This document shows, piece by piece, positions 50,201-63,395 of a stretch of 64,000 bases of DNA. Under the pieces are notes generated by a model that saw only the letters and a program-made list of their open reading frames with translations, was not told where the DNA came from and ran no database searches. This DNA is from Felis catus (taxonomy: Eukaryota). Numbering within the stretch: position 1 is the first letter of the stretch; each line of letters opens with the position of its first letter. The translations under genes and the position numbers were made by a program. The stretch lies in NCBI RefSeq assembly GCF_018350175.1, contig NC_058369.1, forward strand, positions 23,004,001 to 23,068,000, given 5' to 3'.

Positions 50201-50762
50201 TCTAAAACCTGTACTCTATGAACACTGATAGCAGTAGAAAGAGATACTTTAGTTCATCTTTCATGTAAAAAGAAAAGATAATTTTCTCATGCAAATCACT
50301 TTTGCAAGGGTGGGTGTAGGGCACGACTGAGAAGGCTGGGATTGTAAAATAGCCTCCAAATTCATTCAAGGCTAAAAGCATCGCTTACCAGGGGGAAAAA
50401 AAATCACCAGCTACGCCCCACGATCAAATGCGTAGTGTGTAGATACTTCTAAAGATATGCCCTCACATAATTGTGGAAAAGGAGAAGCTGATAATCTTAC
50501 CCAAGCTCAACAACGTTTCCTTTTTATTTGAAGGTTTTGTTCTGTTGGCTGCACACATGTTTTTAATTTTTCTGGGTGTGTTTATATGTTTGCAAGTTTC
50601 TGAGGCCGTGCTGATGAATGGAGTTTTTATTGAATTTATATGTAGCTTTCAGATAGTAAAAATGTGCTCAAGCTTCTTCAGAATTTGAATCCATGTTGGC
50701 ATGATTGCCACGTGTTATGTTGCTATTGTGTTGTGCTGCCTCCTTGTTGTGTCTCATTTGTA

Positions 50763-50792
50763 CAAAGCAAAGCAAAGCAAAGACACCACACA

Positions 50793-50829
<37 letters not shown>
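50763..50829. repeat. (CAAAG)4 followed by an imperfect (CA)n
   Basis: Read directly. Confidence 0.9.
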
Positions 50830-50831
<2 letters not shown>

Positions 50832-51679
50832 GAAAACCCAAGTAATGTAATAATAACAAAGGTAAGTATTTCAGTATAAAGATGAGAAGAAAATGGAGAA
50901 GTGGAATTAAGTGTCTGGACCAAAATTTCCTCTGTTTTATATTGTTAGCACATGGAGAATGAAATCAATCAGGAGTAGAATTAAAGAATTTTAAGTTCAG
51001 AAGGCAAATGTTAATGCTCGTAGAATGTTCTTTAAATATATCTTTTTTCATAAACATGTCTGGAAACCTGAAAATGCAGATGTATCTTCTCACAAGGTCA
51101 TCAATACTGATGCCAAAGCAGCAGGCGTGGGGAGCAGCCAGAGGTATCGGGCTGGGTCATGCACTGCTTGGGGAGACCACCTGGAGACTTACGACCCCAG
51201 GATGCACTGTCTGCCTCACTGCTGGGTCGGCCCTGATGACATCTCTGAGGCTGAGTTATTAATTTTAACTTCTGGGTTGATTAAATTGTATGACAACACA
51301 GTGCAGTGAAAATATGAAAAACGAAAATTGAATCCTGGTTATCTCGCAAAGGCAACTAGATAAAGGTCCCCATAAACAAACCCATATAGATCATATCCTC
51401 TTCATTTGCACTCTCTACGAAGTTTCTCGCTGACAGGAATAAAGAGGAAAGAGAGAACTGGACGTTCATTTCTGAGATGAAACACTCAGCATGGGATTTC
51501 TCCATGAGTTTCAGGGGGCCACCTGCCTTCACCAGCTTCATTCCTGGGAATTAATGCATGAGGTGGAAGACTTTGGGAGCCAGCTTCTCTGTGTGTAGCG
51601 GCCTGCTAGGTCCCAAAATAAAATCACAGAAACAGACGCACGGACAAAAACCTTCCGTGTGGTTATGGGCAACACTATG

Positions 51680-51880
51680 AAGTAGTTGCTCCAGGCATGG
51701 ATTTGGAGTCCAGCGACCAGCATTCAAATCCAGACCTTGTTATTCACTAGCCCTGAGACCGTGGATCAACTTTCTGGGAGTTTCTTCAGCTGTAACATGG
51801 GGATAACCAATACTTATCTCAAAAATGGTAAAGATTAAATGTACACAACACACCTAGCATGGTACTTGGGGCATGGAAAT
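51680..51880 (+). mobile_element. MIR
   Basis: tttggagtccag...ttcaaatcc...tttcttcagctgtaacatggggataa. Confidence 0.55.
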
Positions 51881-51940
51881 CTCTCCCTCTGTGTTCACTG
51901 CCGTTCTCCCTCTTCCATTTTTTGACCGCCACCATCAACA

Positions 51941-52365
51941 TGTATAGTTTCTTAGGCTACTGTCACAGAATACCACCGAATACCATGCTCTGAGACAACA
52001 AAAATGTATGCTCTCACAGTTCTGGAGGCTGAGAGTCTGCAATCAAAATGTCGGCAGGACTATGCTATCTCTGGAAGTTCTAGAGAAGAATCTGTTCCAT
52101 GCCTCCCTACTAGCTTCTGGTGGTTGCCAGTCGTCTTTGGTGTTATTTGGCCTCCAATCTCCACCTCTGTCTTTACTGCATTGTCTTTCCTCAGTGCCCA
52201 AATTTCTGTCTTCTTACAAGGACACCAGTCATTGAATTAGGTGTATGACTTTATCTTAACTTGATTACAACTGCAAAGACCCTGTTTCCAGCAAAGGCCG
52301 CAACCACAGGTACCAGGGGTTAGGACTTTGACATACTTTTGGGGGATAGAATTCAGCCTGCAACA
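51941..52365 (-). mobile_element. MaLR solo LTR (MLT1B/C-like)
   Basis: TG...CA ends. ctctcacagttctggaggctgagagtc...aaggacaccagtcattgaattagg...ctgcaaagaccctgtttcc...ggggttaggactt. Confidence 0.85.
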
Positions 52366-53196
52366 AACGCCATTTTTATTTTAGGCCTGAGGAAGCATTG
52401 ACTCCATCCTAGGTCAGGCACATCCTCTAAAGTCACCTGCTTTGCCAACTGCTGTATCTTCTCTTCGCCCACAAGTGGACCTTGCTGACGGCATTGTTAT
52501 TTGTTTAGCGATTTCTTCGTGGGACTTGTTGTGTCTTGTTTTCCCTTGATGCATTTTGTGGTTTGAGTATGTATTGTAGATGTTAGATAAAATGGCAGGA
52601 GATACTCTTACCTTCCTCATTTCCTGTGAGGCCCAGGAGACAGCATACAAAATTGAAAACCATTATTAAATGTTTGTCATGTTCAAAAAAAAAAATCTCG
52701 CAATTGAGAAGCTCTTAGCTGATCACAGAACGGTGAGAGCAGCCCAGTGGGTGCTGTCTGATAAGGGTGAGTATTGGCTGAACAGTATGAAACTCAGCCA
52801 GATAAGGGAAGGGTCTGCAAAGTCACCTCAGCCTTCAATCCCTTCTGTTTGCTTGATGCATGCATCCCACCTGCCTGGAGCATAGGAATCAGCAGAGACA
52901 TCTGTTTACCTTCAAATATAGCAAGATTGGAAAGCCCTGACTTTGTTTAAATGTCACCTTATGATCTATCAACTCCTGCATGTGCATCTTGGAAGCTGGG
53001 CCAGATGTGGAAGATGACAGTGTTCCAGAGGACAGAGGCCTGTGAGGTGTATCTCAGAGGCCCGCTCAGCAGCAGAAAGTACAGAGGGACAGACGCCACG
53101 AGGCCGAGAGCTTATGTGCTGGCTCTGAAAAATGAGAAAGAACAAAAACAACTAAAGCAAACGAGCAAACAAAAACCCTGAGTTGTGTGAATGAAT

Positions 53197-53410
53197 CAGG
53201 AGTCCTCAAAGTTTTTATGCAAAGTACCAGATAGTAAATGTTCTAGACAGTTTCTGTTGTAGCTACTTAACTCTACTACTATACATGAGAGCAGCCACAG
53301 ACAATATATAAATAAATGGACATGGCAGTTTTCCAATAAAACTTTATTTGCAAAAACAGCTAGGGGGGGGGGGCAGATTTGGCTCATAGGCCATAGTTTG
53401 CCAAACCCTG
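53197..53410. mobile_element. MER58-like DNA transposon fossil with retained 8-bp TSD
   Basis: Termini CAGGAGT...ACCCTG flanked by gaatgaat / ggatgaat. An 8-bp TSD is typical of hAT elements. Confidence 0.85.
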
Positions 53411-54069
53411 GGATGAATCAGCCCATCTTATTATTTTCCTTCTGATTTCCAGAAATTATTTCCTAAATTCTATGTTGTAGAAGCTCATTTCCTTCCTTTT
53501 TTTAGAAGCTGTACACAGCAGTGGTTAAGAGCCAGATTCTAGAGAAACAACACCCGAGTTCAAATCCTGCAATTGCCATTCACTTACAGTGTAAGCTTTA
53601 CCTATGTTTATTCTTCTGGGAAAATAATACATATAAAGTGCTTAGTATGGTAGCTGATTCATAATAACTCCTTAATAATTGTTGGTGTTTAGCTATTTAC
53701 TACAAACAAGTGTAGAAAGACTTCTTGTTCATAAAGACCACCCCTAGATGAGTCATTTTGTGTTTTGTGAGGTTTTTTTTTTCTTCAGTTGCTTCCTCTA
53801 TGTCATCAGGTCTTGGGTGCTTTTATGCTGTAATTATTAACTTGTACATTCTTGTAGTCTGTGGAAAGCTAGAGGGGAAGGAAGGCCCTCATGTCCCTCG
53901 ATCCTACTCTGGGGCCTGCCCCAAATAGTGATCATCAAATGCTTGCTGAATTACCTGGCTATTACAGAAATGCTTTTTTATATGACGTTTTCAATTGTCC
54001 TGTTTTTCATACAGCACCACGGCGTTAATTCAAATCAGGAGATAGAGCAATCTCCCTATCTAGCTAGAC

Positions 54070-54279
54070 CAGGGTTTGCAAATACAAATACAACCCATGG
54101 GCCAAATCTGGCCTGCCACTTTTACTTTATAAGTAGAGTTTTATTGGAACACAGCGATACTCATTCATTTACATATTGTCCTATGGCTGCTTTTTCACTG
54201 AGTGGCAGAGTTGAGCAGTTGCAACAGAGACCATATGGCTCACAAAGCCTAATATATTTACAGACGTTTGTTGACCCCG
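54070..54279. mobile_element. MER58-like DNA transposon fossil, opposite orientation to the copy at 53197
   Basis: CAGGGTTTGCAAA...gggccaaatctggcc...ttttattggaacacagc...gcagagttgagcagttgcaacagagaccatatggc...tgacccc. Confidence 0.8.
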
Positions 54280-54424
54280 GGCTAACTCTTCATTAGTATC
54301 CTAACCCTTGTCATTAAACTGCAGGTGGTTCAGACCTAGTACTTCAGACTACACAGAGATACAAAGTTGTTTGCCTTTCTCAAGACTCATGGTCAAGTGT
54401 TAAAGTATTAAGATTGAATCTACA

Positions 54425-54628
54425 GGGGCTCCTGTGGCTGGGTTGGTTAAGCATCTGACTCTTGATCTTGGCTCAGGTCATGATCTCACCTTTCAGGAGT
54501 CTGAGCCTCACGTCAAGCTTTGAGCTAACAGAGCAGAGGCTGCTTGGGATTCTCTCTCTCTGCCTCTCCCCCACTAGCACTTTCTCTCTCTGTCTCTCTC
54601 TCTCTCTCTCTCTCAATAATTTTTAAAA
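54425..54628 (+). mobile_element. CanSINE (older)
   Basis: TSD AAGATTGAATCTACA at 54410-54424 and 54629-54643. Confidence 0.93.
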
Positions 54629-56599
54629 AAGATTGAATCTACAAACTAACAGAAGAAAGTTTCAATTACCAGATTTAAGTTTATGTCTTCCCAATTTACA
54701 TTGTGTTGGATTTCAGACATACTAAAATTTGTATAGTACATGGCTGCAGTTCCCAAGTTGTGTGCCAAGGCACCCCAGGGCGTGGCAGCAAAATCCTAAG
54801 AGGTCTGCAGGATATTTTAAATTTCCAAGGGAAGTGTGGTAAGCCTCAGCACTGATGTAGTGCGTGGACTAATAGCTTCAGTGGGTCATGCAACCTCCTC
54901 TCAGTAGTGTCACATGTTTGTGAGGATGGGTTTGGGCAGTTGCTGTGATTGAAAAAGCAAGTACCACGTGAAAATCAGTGCAGACCAGGAAACGAGAGTG
55001 TTTCTATCCAGCCTGATGGCTTCAAGGCTTGAGATGTGTGCCTGGTCCATCAGGTATAAATATCCTTGCTTAAGAATGATATAAAACATTCTTTTTCCAA
55101 ATTCCCATTAAGTTGTTAGGACACAGCTACTTAATAAACAGGAAGGACTCTTAGATATTTTGGCCCGGAGTTGCTGGAAATCACGGAAGTTTCAACACTC
55201 TTACTGTGGCCTTTACAAATGCATATCTGAGTGTCGAGGAGAAACACTCAATATATTCTGATATTCAATTGGGACTTTTCTTTTTCTTGGGAAAACAGTG
55301 TCCAAGTTTTTTTTTAAAGGATATAAAAAGTGCTGGTGGAAGGGAAAACAGGAAATCGATCATCTCAAAACTCGCTGGTTAATATATCCGAAAGTGTAAT
55401 ATGTCCAAAAATATCTAAACCAAAAGGAATCACTTGGATTCAGCTTCTTCAATAAGTAATAATCTAATGCTTATTATATGTTGGAGACATGACGTTGAAC
55501 AGAAAGGCTTGTGCTTGCAGGAGTCATTGTAGGAATCATTTTGACAAAGCAGTCTGGCTTTCTAAACATTGTGAGTCTCTTCCACACCCAGCTGAGTTTG
55601 ATTTTCAAAGGGGATATTGGGTACAGTGCTTTTGAACACTGCTCCTCCAGAGAAATCACACTGGTGTTAGATATATGCAATCATGAGAAAAACTTTATTA
55701 CTGAGAGTGATTCTTCTATATACAGACCCCCACAGGCACCCTTTGTCTCAACACCTTGCCCAACAGATTATTTTTTTTTTGACCCATGAGATACACTGTG
55801 AATCTTTTGTTTTGCACTGCCATTAACCAGAATGTTCTCCCTCAGTGACATGCATTGATTTCCCTCTTAATTTTATTTATCTTTTGTATTGTATAGGCAA
55901 CTTATGTTTCATATTTTCTTGTTGTTTGTAAGAATCACACTGGCCTTTAACAAAAGAAGAAAAGGATTAACAGATAAATCTTTAATTAATGGCAAACATG
56001 GCTCTTTGTCCCCAAGAGCACGAAGCTCTCATTCCTTATTTCCCATTAACTGGACAGATATTCATTATAAATATCCTGCATCTTGCAAATTACCTGCTGA
56101 TGTTAGCCCAAATAGAAGCCATTTGTATCCATAAAGAGCCCTTGATTTATTTTCTTCTTTCCTCCCTCTTCTCCATACTCAGTTTTTATTTGTTACCTGT
56201 TTTTCTTTCTCCTTTCCTTCCTCCCTTCTGTCTCCTTTCATCTGAATGTCGAGGAAGAACAGGGAGGAGGGAAGCAGGAGGGAGGAAGGAGAAAGGCAGG
56301 TCGCACAGCTGCTAAGAGCACCAATGTTGGATTGGTTGGGGTTTGCATTTATATCTATTTTCTCCCCCCTTGGCTGCTCACACTTTACTTCTCCGGACCT
56401 CAGTCTTCAGCCTGTGTCATGGTGACAGTAAAGTGGGCTCTGTGGATGGCTGTAAGGATTGAAGGAGGTGATATGCATAAAGCACTTGACCTACATTCTG
56501 ATGTAGAGAACAGTCAGTCAGTCGGACAGTCAGAGCTGCTCTTATGAATTCTACTAATTCTAGTGATAGTTGCTAAATCTTGCAGTTTGTAGCCTTCCC

Positions 56600-57165
56600 T
56601 TGCTTCTTTAGCAGCAGCATTTGACACAGTTGGTCTGTCTCCTCCTTGGCCATTTTCTTTGCTTGGCTTCCAAGGAGCTCAAGTGTCTTGCTTTCCCCCC
56701 TCTCACCAGCCTCTCCGTCTCCATGTCCTTTCTGGTTCATCTCACTCCTCTGACCTTGAATGCCCCAGGTGCATGTTTGGTGTTGCTCCTTCCTCTATCC
56801 ACACTTGGTCCTTGGGTGGTGATCTCATGTTCGGTTCCACGTACATGTTGACAGCTCCCAAATGTGTATCTCCAGGTTCTGCACCTCTTCTGATGTCCAG
56901 ACCTATTCTTCCAACTGCTGACCCACCTCCACATCTGGATGTCTCCTGGGCATGGGAGATCTTTCCTGCCAGAAGCTTAGCTCCTCACCTGCCTCCCAGC
57001 CTGCTGCCCCCTCAGTCACTATCCTCATGTTAGATGGCAACCCTGTCCGTCTGGTTGCACAGACCAGAATCTTGGAGTCACCATTGATGCCTTTCTTTCT
57101 CTCCCACCTCTCATCCAGTCAGCCTGGTAATCCTGTTGGCTCTGCTTCAGTTAAACCCAGGCTCC

Positions 57166-57209
<44 letters not shown>

Positions 57210-57926
57210 ACCCCCACGACTGCCTCCCCAGTCCAGCCAGCTGGACTACAACAGCAGCCACCTAACCAGTCTCCTTGCCTCCTTGGCACCCCTTCCCCTG
57301 TAATCTGTTCTTAACACAGCAGCCAGAGTGATTCTTGAAAATGTATGTCAGCTCATGTTTCTTCTCCACTCAAATCCTCTGGTGGTTCCCATTCTCAAGG
57401 ACAGGAAGCCAACTCCTTATAAATAATCCTATCTCTACTTGCCCTGCTCTACCTGCCCACCTGGTAGCTTTCTGACTTCTTCCATTTTCCTTTTCATTCC
57501 TGTGCCTCCAGCCCAGCTGGCCTTCTGTCTCTGCTGCCTCAGGACCTTTGCATTGGCTGTTCCCTCTGCCTGGGACACTTTTCCTCCAGATCTGTGCACA
57601 GCTGACTTTCTTACCTCCTTTAAGTCTTTGCCCAGACATTCCTGTCTCCATATAGCCTATTTAAAGTTATATCTCCCCACTGACTCTGCTTCAGTAACTC
57701 CTAATACTTTGTAATTTGCTGTAGGTTTTTTTTCTCCATAGCATCTCACATATTACCTTCTCACATACTAAACTTTTGATAAAATTTATTGTTTATTCCT
57801 CTCCAGTGGAATATTGGCTCACCTGGCTGGGAAGAAGGTCTTTGTAGCTTAGTCACTGATGATTCCAAGCGCTCCAAACAGGGCCCAACACATAATAAAC
57901 ATTCAATACATCCTTGTTGAATAAAT
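56600..57926 (+). mobile_element. LINE-2 3' fragment with an embedded (CA)n
   Basis: ctcccaaatgtgtatctccagg...ctggatgtctc...acacagcagccagagtgatt...ctcaggacctttgcattggctgttccctctgcctgg...ttgttgaataaat. Confidence 0.8.
57167..57208. repeat. (AC)n microsatellite
   Basis: Read directly. Confidence 0.95.
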
Positions 57927-59286
57927 CATCACCATCATCGCCACCATAACTTTTATCATTGCATTCATGTTACCCAGCTCATTTTTGGGCACACACTCCA
58001 TGGAGTAGGTCACCTGGCCAGTGGTATTAGAATTGAATAGGCATTGTTTTATGGACAGGTAGTTAGACCAAGTATACTTTTCCCCAGGCAGCTTGTGATT
58101 GGAAAGCAGATTTAGACCTGATTGAGGAACAAATATGAATGATGAGAAATCATATGGAAAATTAGGAAAATGTGACTTCACCGATATAATTTGTTAGGGC
58201 ACGAATAGATTTGGTGTTGATTTCTTTGTCTTCCTTTTGCATTTCTGTTGGGTCTAGAATAACAAGGGAAACCCTTAAGCTGGTTCTGGAGGGATGCAGT
58301 CTAGTCTCCTGGAGAAAGTTACCTTTTAGGGGTAATGCAGCAAAGCCCCACTTGATTGAGGAGCTGCTCTTCCTGTTCACCCGGCCACTGATTATATTTT
58401 ATGGTGTGTGGCCCACGAATGGCGAGAAAGGAGAGTTTGTCGGTTAAGCTTTTTTCTATTGCGTTTGTTTGTTTAGTGTGTTTAAGGATGACTTTATAAA
58501 TATTGTAGCCCTCGACCCTAATGGGCTGGGCTCTGTCACTTCTTGGAAAAGAGAGACCTCGGTCCCAACCATCCAGCGCCCTCTCCAGTCCTGTATGGCT
58601 GGCCCCTGAATGAAAGAAAATGAAGCTGCACCCTGACAGAGCTAATTGTACATGTCTTTGAAATATCCATTGCAGGCCACAGAAATAGCCTCCCTGGCAG
58701 CCAAAATGTGATCCCACCCTGGACTGACTCTCCTACCCCCTCCCCAGGGTATCCTGTCCAGATTTTGGTAGCAGCTGGTCACTTTGCTACCAGGTGACTC
58801 CCACTGGCTCCAGGACACCATATAAATAGCCTGATGTGTATAATCAGCAAAGGAACATATTGTGGGGAGTTCACTTGGTTAGCTTCTAGTCAAACGGGGC
58901 GGCAGCATTCAGTTCGGCGAGAAAGGGGCCGGGGGGCCGTGGGATTGAAGCCTGGCCATATTAGCTCGCCTGGCTGAGAAGAGGTTATCAGAATGCCAAG
59001 GGAAGGTGCTGAAAGTGTATTCCCAGCAGACAGCTTAGAAAGAAAAGTAATTATAGTAATCTCTAGCTCAAAGTCCTTAGTTTATTAACATGAAAATGAG
59101 CAAATGCTGAATTCCTTCAGACTTCAGCAGCGTGGCGAAGGGCCAGCTCTAGGGTCTATGGGGCTGCCGGTGCGGTGCCTTTGCCTGAAGGATGTAGTTT
59201 CAATTTGTTTACAATGTGCTTAGCAAGGTGTTCATGTTGGCAGTTTCTTGTCTTTTGTTGTTTTTTGGCTTCAAGATCTGCTTTTT

Positions 59287-59503
59287 AAAAAAAATTAATG
59301 TTTATTTACTTTTGAGAGAGAGAGAGAGAGAGAGAGAGCGAACAGGGTAGAGGCCAAGAGAGAGGGAGACACAGAATCTGAAGCAGGGTCCAGGCTCCAA
59401 GCTGTCAGCACAGAGCCCGACGTGGGGCTCAGACTCATGAACTCTGAGATCATGACCTGAGCCGAAGTCAGATGCTTAACCGACTGAGCCACCCAGGCAC
59501 CCC
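59287..59503 (-). mobile_element. CanSINE
   Basis: Canonical body. TSD aaga(t/g)ctgcttttt. Confidence 0.95.
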
Positions 59504-61202
59504 AAGAGCTGCTTTTTAAATAAGAATGCAGTGGAGGCCTCCAGCAGTCTCTCTGTATCTTTTAATTTTGACTCTGTGAACATCCCACATGGTACCATGA
59601 TGCCGTCCATCACAAACAGCTGATAGCTGGTTAAGTTAGTAGTATTAATTGCTATTGATACTGTTTACAGATTTGTTTTTCCCTCCCCCGCCCTCCATAA
59701 GAATCCCTTTTAGGCCAAAGCAGTGAGGACCATTTTTCAGGAGAATGCCAGCTCCCACATCCCTTTTCCCTCCCGCCCCTGCCCCCCCGCACTGCCGCAC
59801 TGAACCCATGATGCGAGCAGGTGAGCTGGGTGCAGGTGTGGGTGCCCGGACTCACAGGCTCCCTGCCTTGTTTCTCCCCTGGTCAGTCAGGCAACCAGTC
59901 AGTGGTTAGAAGTAAGCTTCCGTCACCACACTGGAACCTCTCAGAATTTCTTAGAAAATACTAGGCCTCAGCTCTGTAAACACAGCCCATCAATTAAGCA
60001 GACCCCAGCCCAGTTACCCGCCTCAACTCACCAACAGCCAGGACAGGCTGCGGCCGAGTTACCACTTTCGATCATTCTGCAGGCAGATTTGTGGGTCTGT
60101 AGCAGCCTTTTTAGAAAGAGTTACTCTTATTTCACAGATGTCTCTGCCCGGCCAAACCGTTCAACTCTAATGTGGTTATCTATCATCCTCTGCTGAGGAT
60201 TTACCCAGCAAGGGCCTGAAGAAAAAAGCCATTTAGGTTTTGTTCCCACAAATGAAATTGCTGGTTCTTTTTAATTAGGGCTTATAGGTTGGGGAGTTGG
60301 CTGCCAGATATCTGGATTTCATGGACCAATAAAATGTCAGAAGGGAAAAATATACAGGAGCATGGGGTTGGCCCATTTTTATTGTGCTTGGTCAGGATGT
60401 GAAGAAAAACAAAACAGAATGACCATTATCTGTTATCTGTCATCTCATAGAAGAATGCACATCTTAACACTCAAGTATAGGCAAGACGTTATCTCAGAGT
60501 GAAAGACAGTCCTCTGAATAGAACACATTTAACTTCATGGGAAACTGGACACTCTTGTTATTTCCCCCATTTCCCTGGGACTGGCGATGATGGGTTCTCA
60601 GAGACTGCTGCACCTGCCAGCATTTGATGACGACAGGACCCGTTAACCAAGGGAGTCAGTCGGTCCCCTACTCAGATCCTGTGACAAGACAGCTAGGGGA
60701 TGCTTTGTAGTCCGCACACTCAAAATGCCAAAATTCACAGATTCAAGGAGCTACTTTGAGAAAGAATCCGAGATTCTGCTAGCCGAGTCCCTTCCCTTTG
60801 AGAGGATCGATTCTGCCCACCCTGTACTCGGCTGCTGTGTGCTGATTCCACTTCCTTCCTTTCTGGGTGTATACCTTTGCCATATTATTTTTGTTCTAAG
60901 AGATGGCAGAAAAATATTAAAGAAAAATAAACTTTTTCTAGTAATGTATCTCCTAGGGAACCCATGGCTAACATTCCTCTTGTAGTTTTCCTAGCCTTTT
61001 TCCTCTACATGTTTCCCCACAAAATGAGGATCCTACCATCTTTGCAATAATTTTGCATTTTGATCGCTCTTTCCTTTCTATTACATTGTTACCGCTTTGT
61101 CATATCATGCAGTAGTTTATAGGAGCATAATTTCAATGATAGAGTAGTATTCAAGTTCAGATTTTTCCTTTTTCTCTCTGCCTTTTTAAAAAGGATAATC
61201 TA

Positions 61203-61421
61203 GGGGCGCCTGGGTGGCTCAGTCGGTTGAGCGTCCGACTTCAGCTCGGGTCATGATCTCACAGTCTGTGGGTTCGAGCCCCGCGTCCGGCTCTGTGCTG
61301 ACAGCTCAGAGCCTGGGGCCTGTTTCGGATTCTGTGTCTCCCTCTCTCTCTGACCCTCCCCCGTTCATGCTCTGTCTCTCTCTGTCTCAAAAATAAATAA
61401 AACGTTAAAAAAAATTTTTTT
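61203..61421 (+). mobile_element. Young CanSINE
   Basis: CpG-rich body. TSD AAAGGATAATCT at 61190-61201 and 61422-61433. Confidence 0.95.
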
Positions 61422-61504
61422 AAAGGATAATCTTGGTGCATATCACAAGCTGTTTTTAGGATATGTCAAAGTGCAGGACTGGATCCAAAGTTAAGAACAT
61501 TTTA

Positions 61505-61684
61505 CTTTTTTATTATTATTTTTAAATATGGGGGCGGGAGGGGCGGAGGGAGAGGAGAGACAGAATCCCAACCACACTCTGAACTCAGTGCAGAGCCCGA
61601 TGTGGGGCTGAAACTCACGAACCGTGAGATTGTGACCTGAGCCAAAGTCGGATGTTTAACCAACTGGGCCACCCAGGTGCCCCA
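61505..61684 (-). mobile_element. CanSINE with shortened, G-rich CT region
   Basis: Head GGGGCACCTGGGTGGCCCAGTTGGTTAAAC on the - strand. Degenerate TSD ttaagaacatttta / ttaagagcatatta. Confidence 0.88.
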
Positions 61685-62649
61685 CATTAAGAGCATATTA
61701 AAGCTGTAGCTACCTGCTTCCAGATGGCTCTCAAGGAAAGCCGACCAATGCACATGTCCGTCTGCACACTTACCGTGACATCTTCCCACCACCCACCAGC
61801 TGTGACTAAGATGAGACTTGAAAAAAACCTCAGCTATTGGATTTGTCTATTACCTTGATTATGATGATCGCATCACAGGTGTTTGTAAATGTCCAAACTC
61901 ATCAAATATAGGCTTTTATCAAATATAGCGCTTTGAATATCAGCTATACGTCAGTAAAGCTGTTAAAAATAAAATACCTTAACCAATTGCAGAATAAGTG
62001 AGACTTCCACTTATTTTCTTTCCTTACTAATAAGATTTTGTATAGTCATTTGTGTTTTCTTCTCTGGATTTACCAGGGCCTTTGCTTCCTTCTGTTTTAA
62101 ATCAAGGAATTCATCTTTTTCCTTACTGGTTTATAAGACGTCTTTTTATATAACGTTATTAACTTTAGTCCTCATCCGCACATACTTTTCTCACTTCTTT
62201 ATTTGCCCTCTGATCTTCATGGTGGCTTTTGCCATGTCAACATTTAAAGCTTTCGTTAAGTTCCTTTATGGCTTCTTCTTTGGCTAATGTTCCTGAAAAG
62301 GACAACTTTGCCTTCCTGTTTCCTTTTATTTCTGCCTCTCTTTCTCTTGTCTCTCTTCACTTCTGTCCCTGCATGGCCCAAGGGGCTGGGGACAGAAGTG
62401 GGAGGCACGGCCAAGGTTGAGGAGTGGATGTGTTCCTGCTTGTTATTTTTCCCTCTGGTTTGACTCCTCTACCACTCCGGGATTTGCTTCTTCTCAAATC
62501 TCTGTGCTTCTGGCTTCTAGTAACTCCATCATTATACTCAGATAAAATCTTCTTAGTAGCTTCAATTACAGCTGCTGACAGCTGCAGCTTTATAAATAAT
62601 TACCAGTGGTATCCCTGCTTTGAGCCCGTCCCTCCCCAAGTCAACAGAC

Positions 62650-62666
62650 GGGGGGGGGGGGGGGGG
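62650..62666 (+). repeat. Poly(G)17 run
   Basis: Read directly. Confidence 0.9.
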
Positions 62667-63239
62667 CTACTGCCGCCTTCACATTTCATCCCGAGATGGT
62701 TGGTGAGAAGGTCCCCATTCCTGGAGAAGTGACTTTCTGCTTTTGGAGAAGAGGAGTCTGCTTTTGCTGTACTGACATTAAGGAACTCTTTTCAAATGCC
62801 TATGAGGCTCGATGCTATCTGCAAAGCATAGAAATGCATTTGTCTTCCTTCATCAGCGGATTTTATAACTCACATTGTTTGCTTTCCTTTGTCGTAGGTT
62901 GTTTCCTTGGGAGAGTGTTTTGTTTCTCTGCTAGGATTCATCCAACTGATGGCAGGACATGCACTAACCATCACCCCATCGTTGGGCAGACCTGGTCTTC
63001 CTAGTCCTGCACTTCACAGAGGATCCCAGTTCTCTGCCCATGACTAATCTCTCCAGATAACATTTTAAAGGATGCTAAAATGAGTGTGGTCTCTTAAATA
63101 AGTGGGCAATATTATGTTAAAAACCATCCTTTCTGACTTTGAGTGTCTCTCGGCCTGTGTGTCTGCAGAGTTCTGCTTGTGGGACCTGCTGATGAGAAGC
63201 AGTGTCCCTGAACCTGTGACTTGAGGGCTCCCAGCTTGG

Positions 63240-63395
63240 GAGGATCCTGGAGTCTCTTTTCAAAAGTCAGATTCCAGGGCCGCATCCCCTAAGTTTGTAA
63301 CTCTGAGTCTGGGGTCAGTCCCAGGTTATCTGCATTTTAATGGGCGCCAGTGATGATAATTATCCACAAGGAAGTGTGAGACCCCCTGCTTTAGA
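63240..63395. mobile_element. MER5-like fossil
   Basis: cagattccagggccgcatccc...tctgcattttaa...aagtgtgagaccccctgcttta. Confidence 0.55.

Noticed and set aside
54745..55200. Possible Charlie-type DNA transposon fragment, plus LTR-like stretches at 6410-6800, 29520-30140 and 49350-49760, and old L1 fragments at 61830-62300
   Set aside because: Resemblance only. Family and boundaries cannot be supported without a Dfam search.
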